From Planctomycetota bacterium (GTDB lineage Bacteria; Planctomycetota; JAJSAM01; JAJVHW01): DNA of 64,000 nucleotides. Shown here piece after piece: positions 29,577 to 38,888 of the stretch; position 1 is the stretch's first letter, and each line of letters opens with the position of its first letter. Where the stretch lies: contig CBDFJG010000003.1 of assembly GCA_965248445.1 (NCBI GenBank), positions 1-64,000 on the forward strand, in the 5' to 3' direction. Made by a program: the position numbers and the translations under genes. The notes under the pieces are model-generated. The model was not told the origin of the DNA. It saw nothing but the letters and a program-made list of their open reading frames with translations, and ran no database searches.

Positions 29577-30920
29577 CTACCGCCGCAGTGTCCAGACCAG
29601 GCCCCACTCCGAGGGCGAGTTCCGCTCCACGGCTTTCGAGCCCCATACGTCGGCATCCACCGGCCCGGCGGAAGAGATGCGCACGCCGTCCGACAGTCGC
29701 TCGAAGCCGAACGGACGATCGGTGAAGGGATCAATCCGTACGCCGTCCGGCACGCCGATCTCGTCGAGCGACGCTGGCCACACGCCCGTGCGGTCGAAGG
29801 CCGAGACCGCGGCGAGCGAGAGCCGGGCGAGCGAATGCAGAGCCGACGAGCGCGCGCCCTGCGTCGCCAGCTTTGGGAGGAGAACCGCATGCCCGCCGGC
29901 GAGCGCCTGGCCGGGATTCAATTCCCAAGGGCGCGTGCGCCAGCGCGGATACGCCCTGTCGGACAGTCCGCTGAGCCGACGAGCCAGGTCGGACCATGTG
30001 TCGGGGTTCGCGTCGAGAATCGCCTGCACATCCAGTGCGAAGTCGGCCACCGCATCGCGCGACAGCGCGGCCGTCCAGCCATCCACCGTTGGCCCGTCGT
30101 GGCCCCAGGTGTCCGGCGCGTCGCCCACGGTGGTACGCAGCATGCCGATGGCGGACACCCGGCTGGCCCGGACCCCGGCGAGCACCTGGCTCCGCACGTC
30201 GGAGCGCAACACCGGCGCGAGAACCTCGACCGCGGATGCAGCATCGACAAGATCGCGCTCGACGTGCTCGCGAAGGCGCTCGAGCGGCCCATGCTGTAAG
30301 ACCACCGCAATCAGGGTGATCACCGCACTCTCGTGCCGCTCCAGTCGCGCGCCCAGCAGCCCGAGCGCTCGCATGGCACGCAGTCTGGAGTCCGAGTCGT
30401 CCGCCACGACGACGCTCGCGCTGAGCAGTCGATGCGTCGACTGTACGCCTTCGACGGTCTCCGTGGTCCGCTCTCCGAAACCGAACTCCTTCGGTCGATC
30501 GAACAGACGCAACACCGGCCGTTCCGTCCCCGCGCGAACCAGGTCCAGATAGGGCTGCAACCACCCCACGAACCCCGCGTGCCGCGCGCGCTCCTCATCC
30601 GAGAGCGCTCCCCACGCGTCAAGGTCCAGTTCCCACGTCCCCGGCCGCTCCTCGGCTGGCGGCGCGTGTTCGTCGAGCCAAGCCCACGCCTCGCGAAGCA
30701 GCGGTGCACCGTCGTCAGCCGGCTCCACCGCCGGTCCAGCCAGGTCGCCGGGAAACACGGGCTCTCCACGCGCGGCCAGGTCGGAGAGGATCGCGTCGAA
30801 CCGCCCGCGCTCTCCGTCGTACACGGAACCGAGCACGTGCACCACGACGAAGACGAGCACCGTCGCCACCGCGATGGCGAATACGACCAGTGCAACGACG
30901 ACCGTCCGACGCCTACTCAC
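29577..30920 (-). CDS. Membrane-anchored hypothetical protein with pseudopilin-like C-terminus
   Basis: N-terminal TM helix; G.WPASL..DPFT..F....G..I.S.GP. Confidence 0.6.
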   Translation of the reverse strand: MSRRRTVVVALVVFAIAVATVLVFVVVHVLGSVYDGERGRFDAILSDLAARGEPVFPGDLAGPAVEPADDGAPLLREAWAWLDEHAPPAEERPGTWELDLDAWGALSDEERARHAGFVGWLQPYLDLVRAGTERPVLRLFDRPKEFGFGERTTETVEGVQSTHRLLSASVVVADDSDSRLRAMRALGLLGARLERHESAVITLIAVVLQHGPLERLREHVERDLVDAASAVEVLAPVLRSDVRSQVLAGVRASRVSAIGMLRTTVGDAPDTWGHDGPTVDGWTAALSRDAVADFALDVQAILDANPDTWSDLARRLSGLSDRAYPRWRTRPWELNPGQALAGGHAVLLPKLATQGARSSALHSLARLSLAAVSAFDRTGVWPASLDEIGVPDGVRIDPFTDRPFGFERLSDGVRISSAGPVDADVWGSKAVERNSPSEWGLVWTLRR

Positions 30921-30924
30921 TACG

Positions 30925-31251
30925 TCAGTCTCCTCTGGGCAGAATAGTGCCGAGGGAAGACTCGCGGGCGAGCAGCCGCACGCGGTAGCCCCCTACCGGG
31001 ACCAAGGCGACGCGTGAGAGTCTGCTGCGGCGGTGTTTCGTCTTCCGGAGCGGCACGCGGCGATAGACGCCTCTCAGATGGCGGTCGAACTGCGGCCAGC
31101 CCGGCCTGTAGCGCCGGGAGCGTTCACCTACGTAGTGGTGCCACTCCGGCCACGCCACCATCGCCACCAGTGCGACGACCAGCACCGCGCGAACGACGGC
31201 ACCGAACGACGCGAGAGGGCTCCAGGTGCGCGGGCGGCTGGGTGCAGTCAT
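30925..31251 (-). CDS. Small membrane protein
   Basis: One TM helix; the IS is inserted immediately upstream. Confidence 0.35.
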   Translation of the reverse strand: MTAPSRPRTWSPLASFGAVVRAVLVVALVAMVAWPEWHHYVGERSRRYRPGWPQFDRHLRGVYRRVPLRKTKHRRSRLSRVALVPVGGYRVRLLARESSLGTILPRGD

Positions 31252-31269
31252 CGCCCGACCGGACCCTAG

Positions 31270-32938
31270 CCGCATCTGTTCACGAGACGTCGCGATGACG
31301 GTGCTTTCGGAGTCCACAGGGTCAGATCTTGGCCAGGCGAGGGCGGATGCTGTCGTCGTTGCCACAAGGGCAACGCGAGTGAGCGGCCGAAACGGCGCGG
31401 ATTCTGCGGTGTGGGCAGACCGTAGGCCGGGCGGTGGTGTGGCGGACGGCGCGGCGGGACGTCAGGTCGGCTTCGGGGATGCCAGCAGTCGTTGCGCGCA
31501 GCGCTCGAAGACGTGCTGCCAGGGCCACGACGAGGACATCGAGACCCAGATCCGGCGCGTCGTGATCCGCACGAGCGCGCCGATCTTGAGCAGCCGCAGG
31601 CGGATCGTGCCGGCTTGCGCACGCGCCATCTCGGTGCCGGCGAGACCGATGCGTCGCAGCGCACAGGTCAGGACGTAGGCCATGGCCGACATGGCCATCC
31701 GCACGGCGTTGCCCTGCATCGTGTGCACCGACAGACGGGTGCCGAAGAGCTCGAGCTGCTGCTCCTTGATGCGATTCTCCGCCTCGCCCCGGGCGCAGTA
31801 GAGCTGCTCGTAGAGACGCTTGCTGCTCCAGCTACGAGGCGGCAGATTGGTCACCACGAAGCGGGGATTGCGCTTGCCGCCCGGCAGGTGCTCGGCCTTG
31901 GCGACCACGCGACGCCTCTGGCTCCAGCTCCCCAGCGTGGTCCAGGCAAAGTCGCGAAAGACCCGGGCTGCTCGGCCGGTCTGCACGGCACGGGCTGCGG
32001 CCTCATCGAGCGCGTCTTCGACGTGTCGCTCAAGGCGCTCATTGCGCGCCATGCCCAGCAGGTAGAAGTGGCCGGCGGCCTCGCACCAGGCCATCAGCTC
32101 CTCGCGGCAAAAGCCCGAGTCTGCGCGCACGAGCACCTTGGCCCGGGGCCAGCGGCGCCGCAGACGTAAGACCAGCGCACGGAGCTCGTCCACGACTCCG
32201 CGCGCGGGATCTCTGTCAGCGGTCTGGAGCCGAGCGAGCAAGAGGTGCTCGCCGCAGAAGACGTACAGCGGCAGGTAGCAGTAGTGCCCGTAGTAGCCGT
32301 GGAAGAAGCGGCCCTCCTGCCGGCCGTGCAGCCGCACGTCGGAGTGGTCCAGGTCCAGCACGAGCAGGCCCGGATCCTCCGGCCCCATGGCCTCGCAGAA
32401 GACGTCGCTGAGCACGCTGTCCACGCGCTCCTGGTCCATCTCGATCTTGGCGTAGCGCGTCTGTGCCGTGGCGCCGAGCTGCGTGGTCTCGAGCCGCGAG
32501 AGCGTCGGGTGCGTGGCCAGAGCACCCTCGCGCTTGCCGCACGCCGCGGCAAACAGCGGGTCCTTGCCGACATGGTCGTGGTCCACCAGATCCTCGTAGC
32601 CCGCGCACAGCCCGAAGACCCGCTGACGCAGCATCTGGCCGACCGTGTGCTCGACCCGACGCGGGTCCCGGTGGTCCCCGAAGCAGCGCGCAAACCGCGA
32701 GAGCAGATCGATGCGACGATCGACCCGCTCGAGCAGCAGCACGCCCCCGTCGCTCGTCACGGTACCGGCGTCGAAGCGCGTCACCGCGGTGCGTCCACAG
32801 ATGCCCGCGAAGAGGGTCCCCTGCGGGCTACAGTCTGTCGTCATCGGGCCGGCGCTCCTGTCGGTGCAAGTACTAGCGAGTACGAGCACTTAGACAGACG
32901 ACGGCCCGCTCAGATTCCCGGCTGGTGAACGATTCGGG
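31270..32938 (-). mobile_element. IS1380-family element, copy A (1669 bp)
   Basis: Inverted copy of 37058-38726; imperfect IRs ccgcatctgttcac / cccgaatcgttcac; CTAG on both flanks. Confidence 0.92.
31462..32844 (-). CDS. IS1380 transposase
   Basis: TSDGG, LDLD, HGRQEG, RADSGF and Y.ARGEAENRIKE motifs. Confidence 0.93.
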   Translation of the reverse strand: MTTDCSPQGTLFAGICGRTAVTRFDAGTVTSDGGVLLLERVDRRIDLLSRFARCFGDHRDPRRVEHTVGQMLRQRVFGLCAGYEDLVDHDHVGKDPLFAAACGKREGALATHPTLSRLETTQLGATAQTRYAKIEMDQERVDSVLSDVFCEAMGPEDPGLLVLDLDHSDVRLHGRQEGRFFHGYYGHYCYLPLYVFCGEHLLLARLQTADRDPARGVVDELRALVLRLRRRWPRAKVLVRADSGFCREELMAWCEAAGHFYLLGMARNERLERHVEDALDEAAARAVQTGRAARVFRDFAWTTLGSWSQRRRVVAKAEHLPGGKRNPRFVVTNLPPRSWSSKRLYEQLYCARGEAENRIKEQQLELFGTRLSVHTMQGNAVRMAMSAMAYVLTCALRRIGLAGTEMARAQAGTIRLRLLKIGALVRITTRRIWVSMSSSWPWQHVFERCAQRLLASPKPT

Positions 32939-32985
32939 CTAGCACAAGATGTAGTGGGCGCGGTCATTAACCGGATATGCATGCC

Positions 32986-33506
32986 TGAAGGCGGGCAACC
33001 AGGACGCCGCCTCGCGCTACGCGCTGCGCTTCCAGGAGGTTGCGGTGGACCTGGCCGAGACCAAGAAGCAGATGGTGGACGGCGAGCGCACCTACAAGGA
33101 CCTGACGCTCGCCCGTGACCAGGCCGTCAAGTCTGCGCGCGAGAAGATCCAGTCGCTGAAGACCTCGATCGACGACATGAAGATCAAGAAGGCGACCGCG
33201 GAGCTGAACGAGATGGCCGCCGGCATGATCGGCTCCCTCGGCGGGGCGGGCGACACCCTCAACCGCCTCGAGGAGATGGTCGAGGAAGAGCGGTCACAAG
33301 CCGCCGGCCGGGCCCGCGTGGCGCGCGATGCGCTCGACATCACGGACGTCAAGATGCGCGAGGTCGAGGACGACGCGTTGGCGCGCCAGGCGCTGGCGGA
33401 CTTCGCGGCGGCCGAGGGACTCTCGCTCACGGGCGACGCGCCGGCCGAGGCCGAGGCTGACGGCGGACGTCAGATGGGCGCCGGTCCGGTTGCGGAAACC
33501 GAATAG
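32986..33506 (+). pseudogene. PspA/IM30 family protein, 5' truncated
   Basis: Coiled coil LKAGNQDAASRYA..., LNRLEEMVEEERSQAAGRARVA, ALADF; N-terminal half missing. Confidence 0.7.
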
Positions 33507-33517
33507 CGGGGCGGACC

Positions 33518-35173
33518 GTGAGTAGCGAGCAGAGCCTGCCCGCCTGGGCGGATGAACTGCGGGGACTGTACGAGAGCGGCGCCGCAGCGCAGTTCGTCCT
33601 GTACGGCAACGTGCACGATCGGCTGGTCGTCCCGGGTGACGACGGACCGGAGTTCGGGACGCTGCAGGAGTTCCTGCTCGCGACACTGCTCCCGCGCTTC
33701 GACGTCGTGCTCTCGTACGACGTCGGCAACGGCATCCGCGTCGAGCGGGGCCAGGCCGTGTACGACCGTTGGCCGACCGGCAAGGCGCAGCCGCTACCCA
33801 AGACGCCGCGCGGCGCAGTCGAGGTCCTGACGCACTTCCTGCGGTACTGCGCCAACCTGCGCGTGCTGGGGGACCGCGACCTGCACGTCGCGCTGATTCT
33901 CCGCGAGGCGCAGTTCATCACGCCTCGGGTGCAGGGCGCCGCCGCGAACGACCTCGCCGCGACCGCGCTCTTGGTGCGCGACTGGTCCGCGGACTCCACT
34001 CTCGAGGACCATCCGATCGCCACGTTCCTCGTCGCCGAAAACCTGAACGACCTGCACCCGGTCGTTGCCACCAACCCGCGCGCGGCGCAGGTCGAGGTGC
34101 CGTTGCCCGACGGCGCGGAGCTCGCGCGCGCTTTCGCACTGTGGGCCGACGAGTACCCCAAGGCGCTCGCGGGACACGAGGACCACGACACACTCGCCGG
34201 CCGCCTGGTGGGCGCGAGTGCGTCTGCGGTCGAGGGCCTGCTGCGCCGTCTCGAGCACCGCGGGGAGACGCTCGATGACGACGACCTCGTCGAGATGAAG
34301 CGCACTCTCATCGAACGGGAGGCGGGTGGCCTCATCTCGTTCGTCGAGAGCGACCGGACGCTCGACGACTTCGTCGGCGCCGACGGCGTGCGCGCGTGGC
34401 TGCGGCAGGACGTCGAACTCTGGCGTCAGGGCGACACCGAGGCGATCCCGATGGGCTACCTGCTCTGCGGTCCCGTCGGCACCGGCAAGACGTACCTCGT
34501 GAAGTGCCTGGCGGGGGAGGCGGGTGTCCCCGTCGTCCGCATCCGCAACTTCCGCGACAAGTGGATCGGCAGCACGGAGGGCAACCTCGAACGCATCTTC
34601 CGTCTTCTGCACGCGCTCGGCCGCTGCTTCGTGTTCATCGACGAAGCCGACCAGACGCTCGGTCAGCGCGGCGCGTCATCCGGCGACAGCGGCCTCTCCG
34701 GCCGCATCTACTCGATGGTCGCGCAGGAGATGAGCCGTCCCGAGAACCGCGGCCGCATCGTGTGGGTGCTCGCGTCCTCGCGCCCCGATCTGATCGAAGT
34801 CGATCTCAAGCGTCCCGGCCGCATCGACACGCGCATCCCGCTCTTCCCGTCCACCGAGCCCGAATCCTCCGGCCTGCTCCTGCGCGCACTCTGCAAGCGC
34901 CGCGGTCTCGTCCTCTCCGACGAGGACCTCGCGGCAGTACAAGACCGCCTCCCCGACCTGCTGACCCCTGGCGCCGCCGAAGCCCTCGCCGTCAAGGCGT
35001 ACCGCGCCACGCGCACCAAGGGCCTCACCGCGCGCGAGGCGATCGAGGACTGCCTCGACGGCTACCAGAGCCCCGTCGACACCGCCGTCCTCGCCCACCA
35101 GATCCGGCTTGCACTGGCCGAAGCCAGCGACCTCGACCTGGTACCCGACACGATCCGCAAGCGCTTCGCGTAG
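33518..35173 (+). CDS. AAA+ ATPase
   Basis: Walker A GPVGTGKT, Walker B FIDEAD, KWIGSTE pore loop, RPGRID arginine finger; degenerate N-terminal domain. Confidence 0.92.
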   Translation: MSSEQSLPAWADELRGLYESGAAAQFVLYGNVHDRLVVPGDDGPEFGTLQEFLLATLLPRFDVVLSYDVGNGIRVERGQAVYDRWPTGKAQPLPKTPRGAVEVLTHFLRYCANLRVLGDRDLHVALILREAQFITPRVQGAAANDLAATALLVRDWSADSTLEDHPIATFLVAENLNDLHPVVATNPRAAQVEVPLPDGAELARAFALWADEYPKALAGHEDHDTLAGRLVGASASAVEGLLRRLEHRGETLDDDDLVEMKRTLIEREAGGLISFVESDRTLDDFVGADGVRAWLRQDVELWRQGDTEAIPMGYLLCGPVGTGKTYLVKCLAGEAGVPVVRIRNFRDKWIGSTEGNLERIFRLLHALGRCFVFIDEADQTLGQRGASSGDSGLSGRIYSMVAQEMSRPENRGRIVWVLASSRPDLIEVDLKRPGRIDTRIPLFPSTEPESSGLLLRALCKRRGLVLSDEDLAAVQDRLPDLLTPGAAEALAVKAYRATRTKGLTAREAIEDCLDGYQSPVDTAVLAHQIRLALAEASDLDLVPDTIRKRFA

Positions 35174-35312
35174 CGCCGCCACGCGCAAGGCCCTCGCGGT
35201 CGGGTGCTCGACGGAGGAGATCGAGCAGGTGGTCGCGCTCTCGGCGAGCACCCCCGGCATGCCCCGCTGCGTGGCCGCCTGGACCTGGGCGAACGACGTC
35301 CTGAACGCCTAG
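35174..35312 (+). pseudogene. Carboxymuconolactone decarboxylase/AhpD C-terminal fragment
   Basis: RKALAVGCSTEEIEQVVALSAST.GMP..VAAWTW.NDVL with no start codon. Confidence 0.5.
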
Positions 35313-35357
35313 CGGGGGACCGCGCCCCGGCGCGGACGCTGCTTCCGTGAGTGCTAG

Positions 35358-37053
35358 CCTGCATAATTCATCACGCCACGCCCGGAACGTAGATTCGGGC
35401 GCACCGCGCATTGCATAAACTGTTGTTAGAGCAATAGTTACACAGATGCGAGAGGTACGCCCGAGTGACGAATTCTACCCCACACACTGTCCGGTTTCCC
35501 GATCTCTTCGGGAAGGTCACCACGGCCGTGTTCGACGGCGAAGCGCACACGTCCGAGGGAGGCGCGGGACTGCTGCGCGCGGTGGACCGTCGAATGGGAG
35601 TGACCGCAGGTCTGGCTGCGCTGTTGGTGGATCGTCGTGACCCGACGCGGGTGCAGCACTCGTTGGAGGAGCTCTTTCGGCAGCGCGTCTTCTCGATCGG
35701 CCTGGGCTACAGCGACCAGAACGACGCGGCTCGCGTGGGCACCGACCCGATGCTCAAGGGGGTCACGGGCCGCGCGCCGATCAAGGGCGCCGACCTGGCG
35801 TCTCAGGCGACGCTGTCGCGCTTCGAGAACGCGGTCACGGCGCACGAGCTCGTGGCCTTGTCGCGCAAGCTCGAGGAGGACGTGATCGAGCGTCTTTGCG
35901 CTCGCCACCGGGGGGCCCGGCGCATCACGATCGACATGGACCCGAGCTGTGACCCGACCCACGGTGCACAGCAGGGAGCGCTCTTCAACGGCTTCTACGA
36001 CACGTGGTGCTACCTGCCGGTTTTCGGCTTCCTCACGGTCGACGGCGATCCGGAGCAGTACCTTTTCTGTGCGCGGCTGCGGCCGGGCAACGCGAAGGAG
36101 GGCCGCACGTCGCTGCGGACGATCCGCCGGATGGTGAAGCGACTTCGGCGTGCGTTTCCGCGCACGCAGATCCTCGTGCGCCTGGACAGCGGCTTCGCCG
36201 GCTCGCGGCTCTTCGACGCGCTGGACGAACTCGGCGTGAAGTACGTGGTCGGGATGCCCAAGAACAAGCGGCTCCTGGATCTGTGCGACGCCGAGATGAC
36301 AGCGGCTGCGGTGCTGGCGGCGATGGAAGACAAGACGGCGCAGATCTACGGCGACTGCGAGTACCGGGCGAAGAGCTGGAGCAGGTCCCGCCGCGTGGTC
36401 TTCAAGGCGCAAGTGCTGGTCGCCACCGGGAAGGTGAACAAGGACAACGCGCGCTTCGTGGTCACCAACGTCTCGCGCAGCTACAAGCCCGAGACGACCT
36501 ACTGCAAGACCTACTGCGGTCGCGGCGACGCCGAGAACCGCATCAAGGAACTCAAGGGTGGCCTGGCGGTGGATCGCACGAGCAACTCGAGCTTCCTGGC
36601 GAACCAGTTCCGCGTGCTGATGACCGCGGCGGCCTACGTACTCTTCCAGGAGTTACGCTACCAGTTGCGCGGCACCACGGCCGCAGTCTGGCAGGTGCAC
36701 ACGATCCGCGAACGGCTGCTCAAGATCGGCGCCCGCGTCGTGGAATCGGTGCGCCGCGTCGTCGTGCATCTCGCGGCGGCCTGCCCATGGCGCGAGCTGT
36801 GGTGCCGCGTCGCGCGAAGGCTCGGCGCTGCGCCGGTCTGAGCGCAGCCGATGGCCAGAAGAACGACACGCTTCCGGCTACCGGTCCGTCCAGACCTCGT
36901 CCGCGCGGCGGCAAATGGACTTGAACGCCCCCTCGGAACGAAGATCCCGCCGTCCGAGACCCCGCCGACCTCGGTGAACGCCGCAAGTCGAGCGCCCGGG
37001 CGCTCGGACCGGCCGAGGGACGCCATCGCGAGCGTCGTCATGAATAGTGCGGG
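35358..37053 (+). mobile_element. Second, distinct IS1380-family element (1696 bp)
   Basis: IRs cctgcataattcat / atgaatagtgcggg; CTAG on both flanks. Confidence 0.9.
35465..36841 (+). CDS. IS1380 transposase
   Basis: IDMD, THGAQQG, RLDSGF and YCGRGDAENRIKE motifs. Confidence 0.93.
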   Translation: MTNSTPHTVRFPDLFGKVTTAVFDGEAHTSEGGAGLLRAVDRRMGVTAGLAALLVDRRDPTRVQHSLEELFRQRVFSIGLGYSDQNDAARVGTDPMLKGVTGRAPIKGADLASQATLSRFENAVTAHELVALSRKLEEDVIERLCARHRGARRITIDMDPSCDPTHGAQQGALFNGFYDTWCYLPVFGFLTVDGDPEQYLFCARLRPGNAKEGRTSLRTIRRMVKRLRRAFPRTQILVRLDSGFAGSRLFDALDELGVKYVVGMPKNKRLLDLCDAEMTAAAVLAAMEDKTAQIYGDCEYRAKSWSRSRRVVFKAQVLVATGKVNKDNARFVVTNVSRSYKPETTYCKTYCGRGDAENRIKELKGGLAVDRTSNSSFLANQFRVLMTAAAYVLFQELRYQLRGTTAAVWQVHTIRERLLKIGARVVESVRRVVVHLAAACPWRELWCRVARRLGAAPV

Positions 37054-37057
37054 CTAG

Positions 37058-38726
37058 CCCGAATCGTTCACCAGCCGGGAATCTGAGCGGGCCGTCGTCT
37101 GTCTAAGTGCTCGTACTCGCTAGTACTTGCACCGACAGGAGCGCCGGCCCGATGACGACAGACTGTAGCCCGCAGGGGACCCTCTTCGCGGGCATCTGTG
37201 GACGCACCGCGGTGACGCGCTTCGACGCCGGTACCGTGACGAGCGACGGGGGCGTGCTGCTGCTCGAGCGGGTCGATCGTCGCATCGATCTGCTCTCGCG
37301 GTTTGCGCGCTGCTTCGGGGACCACCGGGACCCGCGTCGGGTCGAGCACACGGTCGGCCAGATGCTGCGTCAGCGGGTCTTCGGGCTGTGCGCGGGCTAC
37401 GAGGATCTGGTGGACCACGACCATGTCGGCAAGGACCCGCTGTTTGCCGCGGCGTGCGGCAAGCGCGAGGGTGCTCTGGCCACGCACCCGACGCTCTCGC
37501 GGCTCGAGACCACGCAGCTCGGCGCCACGGCACAGACGCGCTACGCCAAGATCGAGATGGACCAGGAGCGCGTGGACAGCGTGCTCAGCGACGTCTTCTG
37601 CGAGGCCATGGGGCCGGAGGATCCGGGCCTGCTCGTGCTGGACCTGGACCACTCCGACGTGCGGCTGCACGGCCGGCAGGAGGGCCGCTTCTTCCACGGC
37701 TACTACGGGCACTACTGCTACCTGCCGCTGTACGTCTTCTGCGGCGAGCACCTCTTGCTCGCTCGGCTCCAGACCGCTGACAGAGATCCCGCGCGCGGAG
37801 TCGTGGACGAGCTCCGTGCGCTGGTCTTACGTCTGCGGCGCCGCTGGCCCCGGGCCAAGGTGCTCGTGCGCGCAGACTCGGGCTTTTGCCGCGAGGAGCT
37901 GATGGCCTGGTGCGAGGCCGCCGGCCACTTCTACCTGCTGGGCATGGCGCGCAATGAGCGCCTTGAGCGACACGTCGAAGACGCGCTCGATGAGGCCGCA
38001 GCCCGTGCCGTGCAGACCGGCCGAGCAGCCCGGGTCTTTCGCGACTTTGCCTGGACCACGCTGGGGAGCTGGAGCCAGAGGCGTCGCGTGGTCGCCAAGG
38101 CCGAGCACCTGCCGGGCGGCAAGCGCAATCCCCGCTTCGTGGTGACCAATCTGCCGCCTCGTAGCTGGAGCAGCAAGCGTCTCTACGAGCAGCTCTACTG
38201 CGCCCGGGGCGAGGCGGAGAATCGCATCAAGGAGCAGCAGCTCGAGCTCTTCGGCACCCGTCTGTCGGTGCACACGATGCAGGGCAACGCCGTGCGGATG
38301 GCCATGTCGGCCATGGCCTACGTCCTGACCTGTGCGCTGCGACGCATCGGTCTCGCCGGCACCGAGATGGCGCGTGCGCAAGCCGGCACGATCCGCCTGC
38401 GGCTGCTCAAGATCGGCGCGCTCGTGCGGATCACGACGCGCCGGATCTGGGTCTCGATGTCCTCGTCGTGGCCCTGGCAGCACGTCTTCGAGCGCTGCGC
38501 GCAACGACTGCTGGCATCCCCGAAGCCGACCTGACGTCCCGCCGCGCCGTCCGCCACACCACCGCCCGGCCTACGGTCTGCCCACACCGCAGAATCCGCG
38601 CCGTTTCGGCCGCTCACTCGCGTTGCCCTTGTGGCAACGACGACAGCATCCGCCCTCGCCTGGCCAAGATCTGACCCTGTGGACTCCGAAAGCACCGTCA
38701 TCGCGACGTCTCGTGAACAGATGCGG
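37058..38726 (+). mobile_element. IS1380-family element, copy B (1669 bp)
   Basis: Same as copy A, inverted; shares the CTAG at 37054-37057 with the neighbouring IS. Confidence 0.92.
37152..38534 (+). CDS. IS1380 transposase
   Basis: Protein identical to that of copy A. Confidence 0.93.
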   Translation: MTTDCSPQGTLFAGICGRTAVTRFDAGTVTSDGGVLLLERVDRRIDLLSRFARCFGDHRDPRRVEHTVGQMLRQRVFGLCAGYEDLVDHDHVGKDPLFAAACGKREGALATHPTLSRLETTQLGATAQTRYAKIEMDQERVDSVLSDVFCEAMGPEDPGLLVLDLDHSDVRLHGRQEGRFFHGYYGHYCYLPLYVFCGEHLLLARLQTADRDPARGVVDELRALVLRLRRRWPRAKVLVRADSGFCREELMAWCEAAGHFYLLGMARNERLERHVEDALDEAAARAVQTGRAARVFRDFAWTTLGSWSQRRRVVAKAEHLPGGKRNPRFVVTNLPPRSWSSKRLYEQLYCARGEAENRIKEQQLELFGTRLSVHTMQGNAVRMAMSAMAYVLTCALRRIGLAGTEMARAQAGTIRLRLLKIGALVRITTRRIWVSMSSSWPWQHVFERCAQRLLASPKPT

Positions 38727-38834
38727 CTAGAGACGGCGATCAGCTACGCCACGAAGCTGGTGCAACTCGCGCCCGGCGAGCGCGGTCCGCGCCGGCTCCT
38801 CGAGTCGCTGCAAGACAGGCCCGAGGGTGAATAG
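38727..38834 (+). pseudogene. C-terminal remnant of a TPR-like gene cut by the IS
   Basis: LETAISYATKLVQLAPGERGPRRLLESL*. Confidence 0.4.
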
Positions 38835-38888
38835 AGGTCACTTCGTGGCGGGAGCCGGGCCACTCGCCGTGTAGGCGCAATCCGCGCC

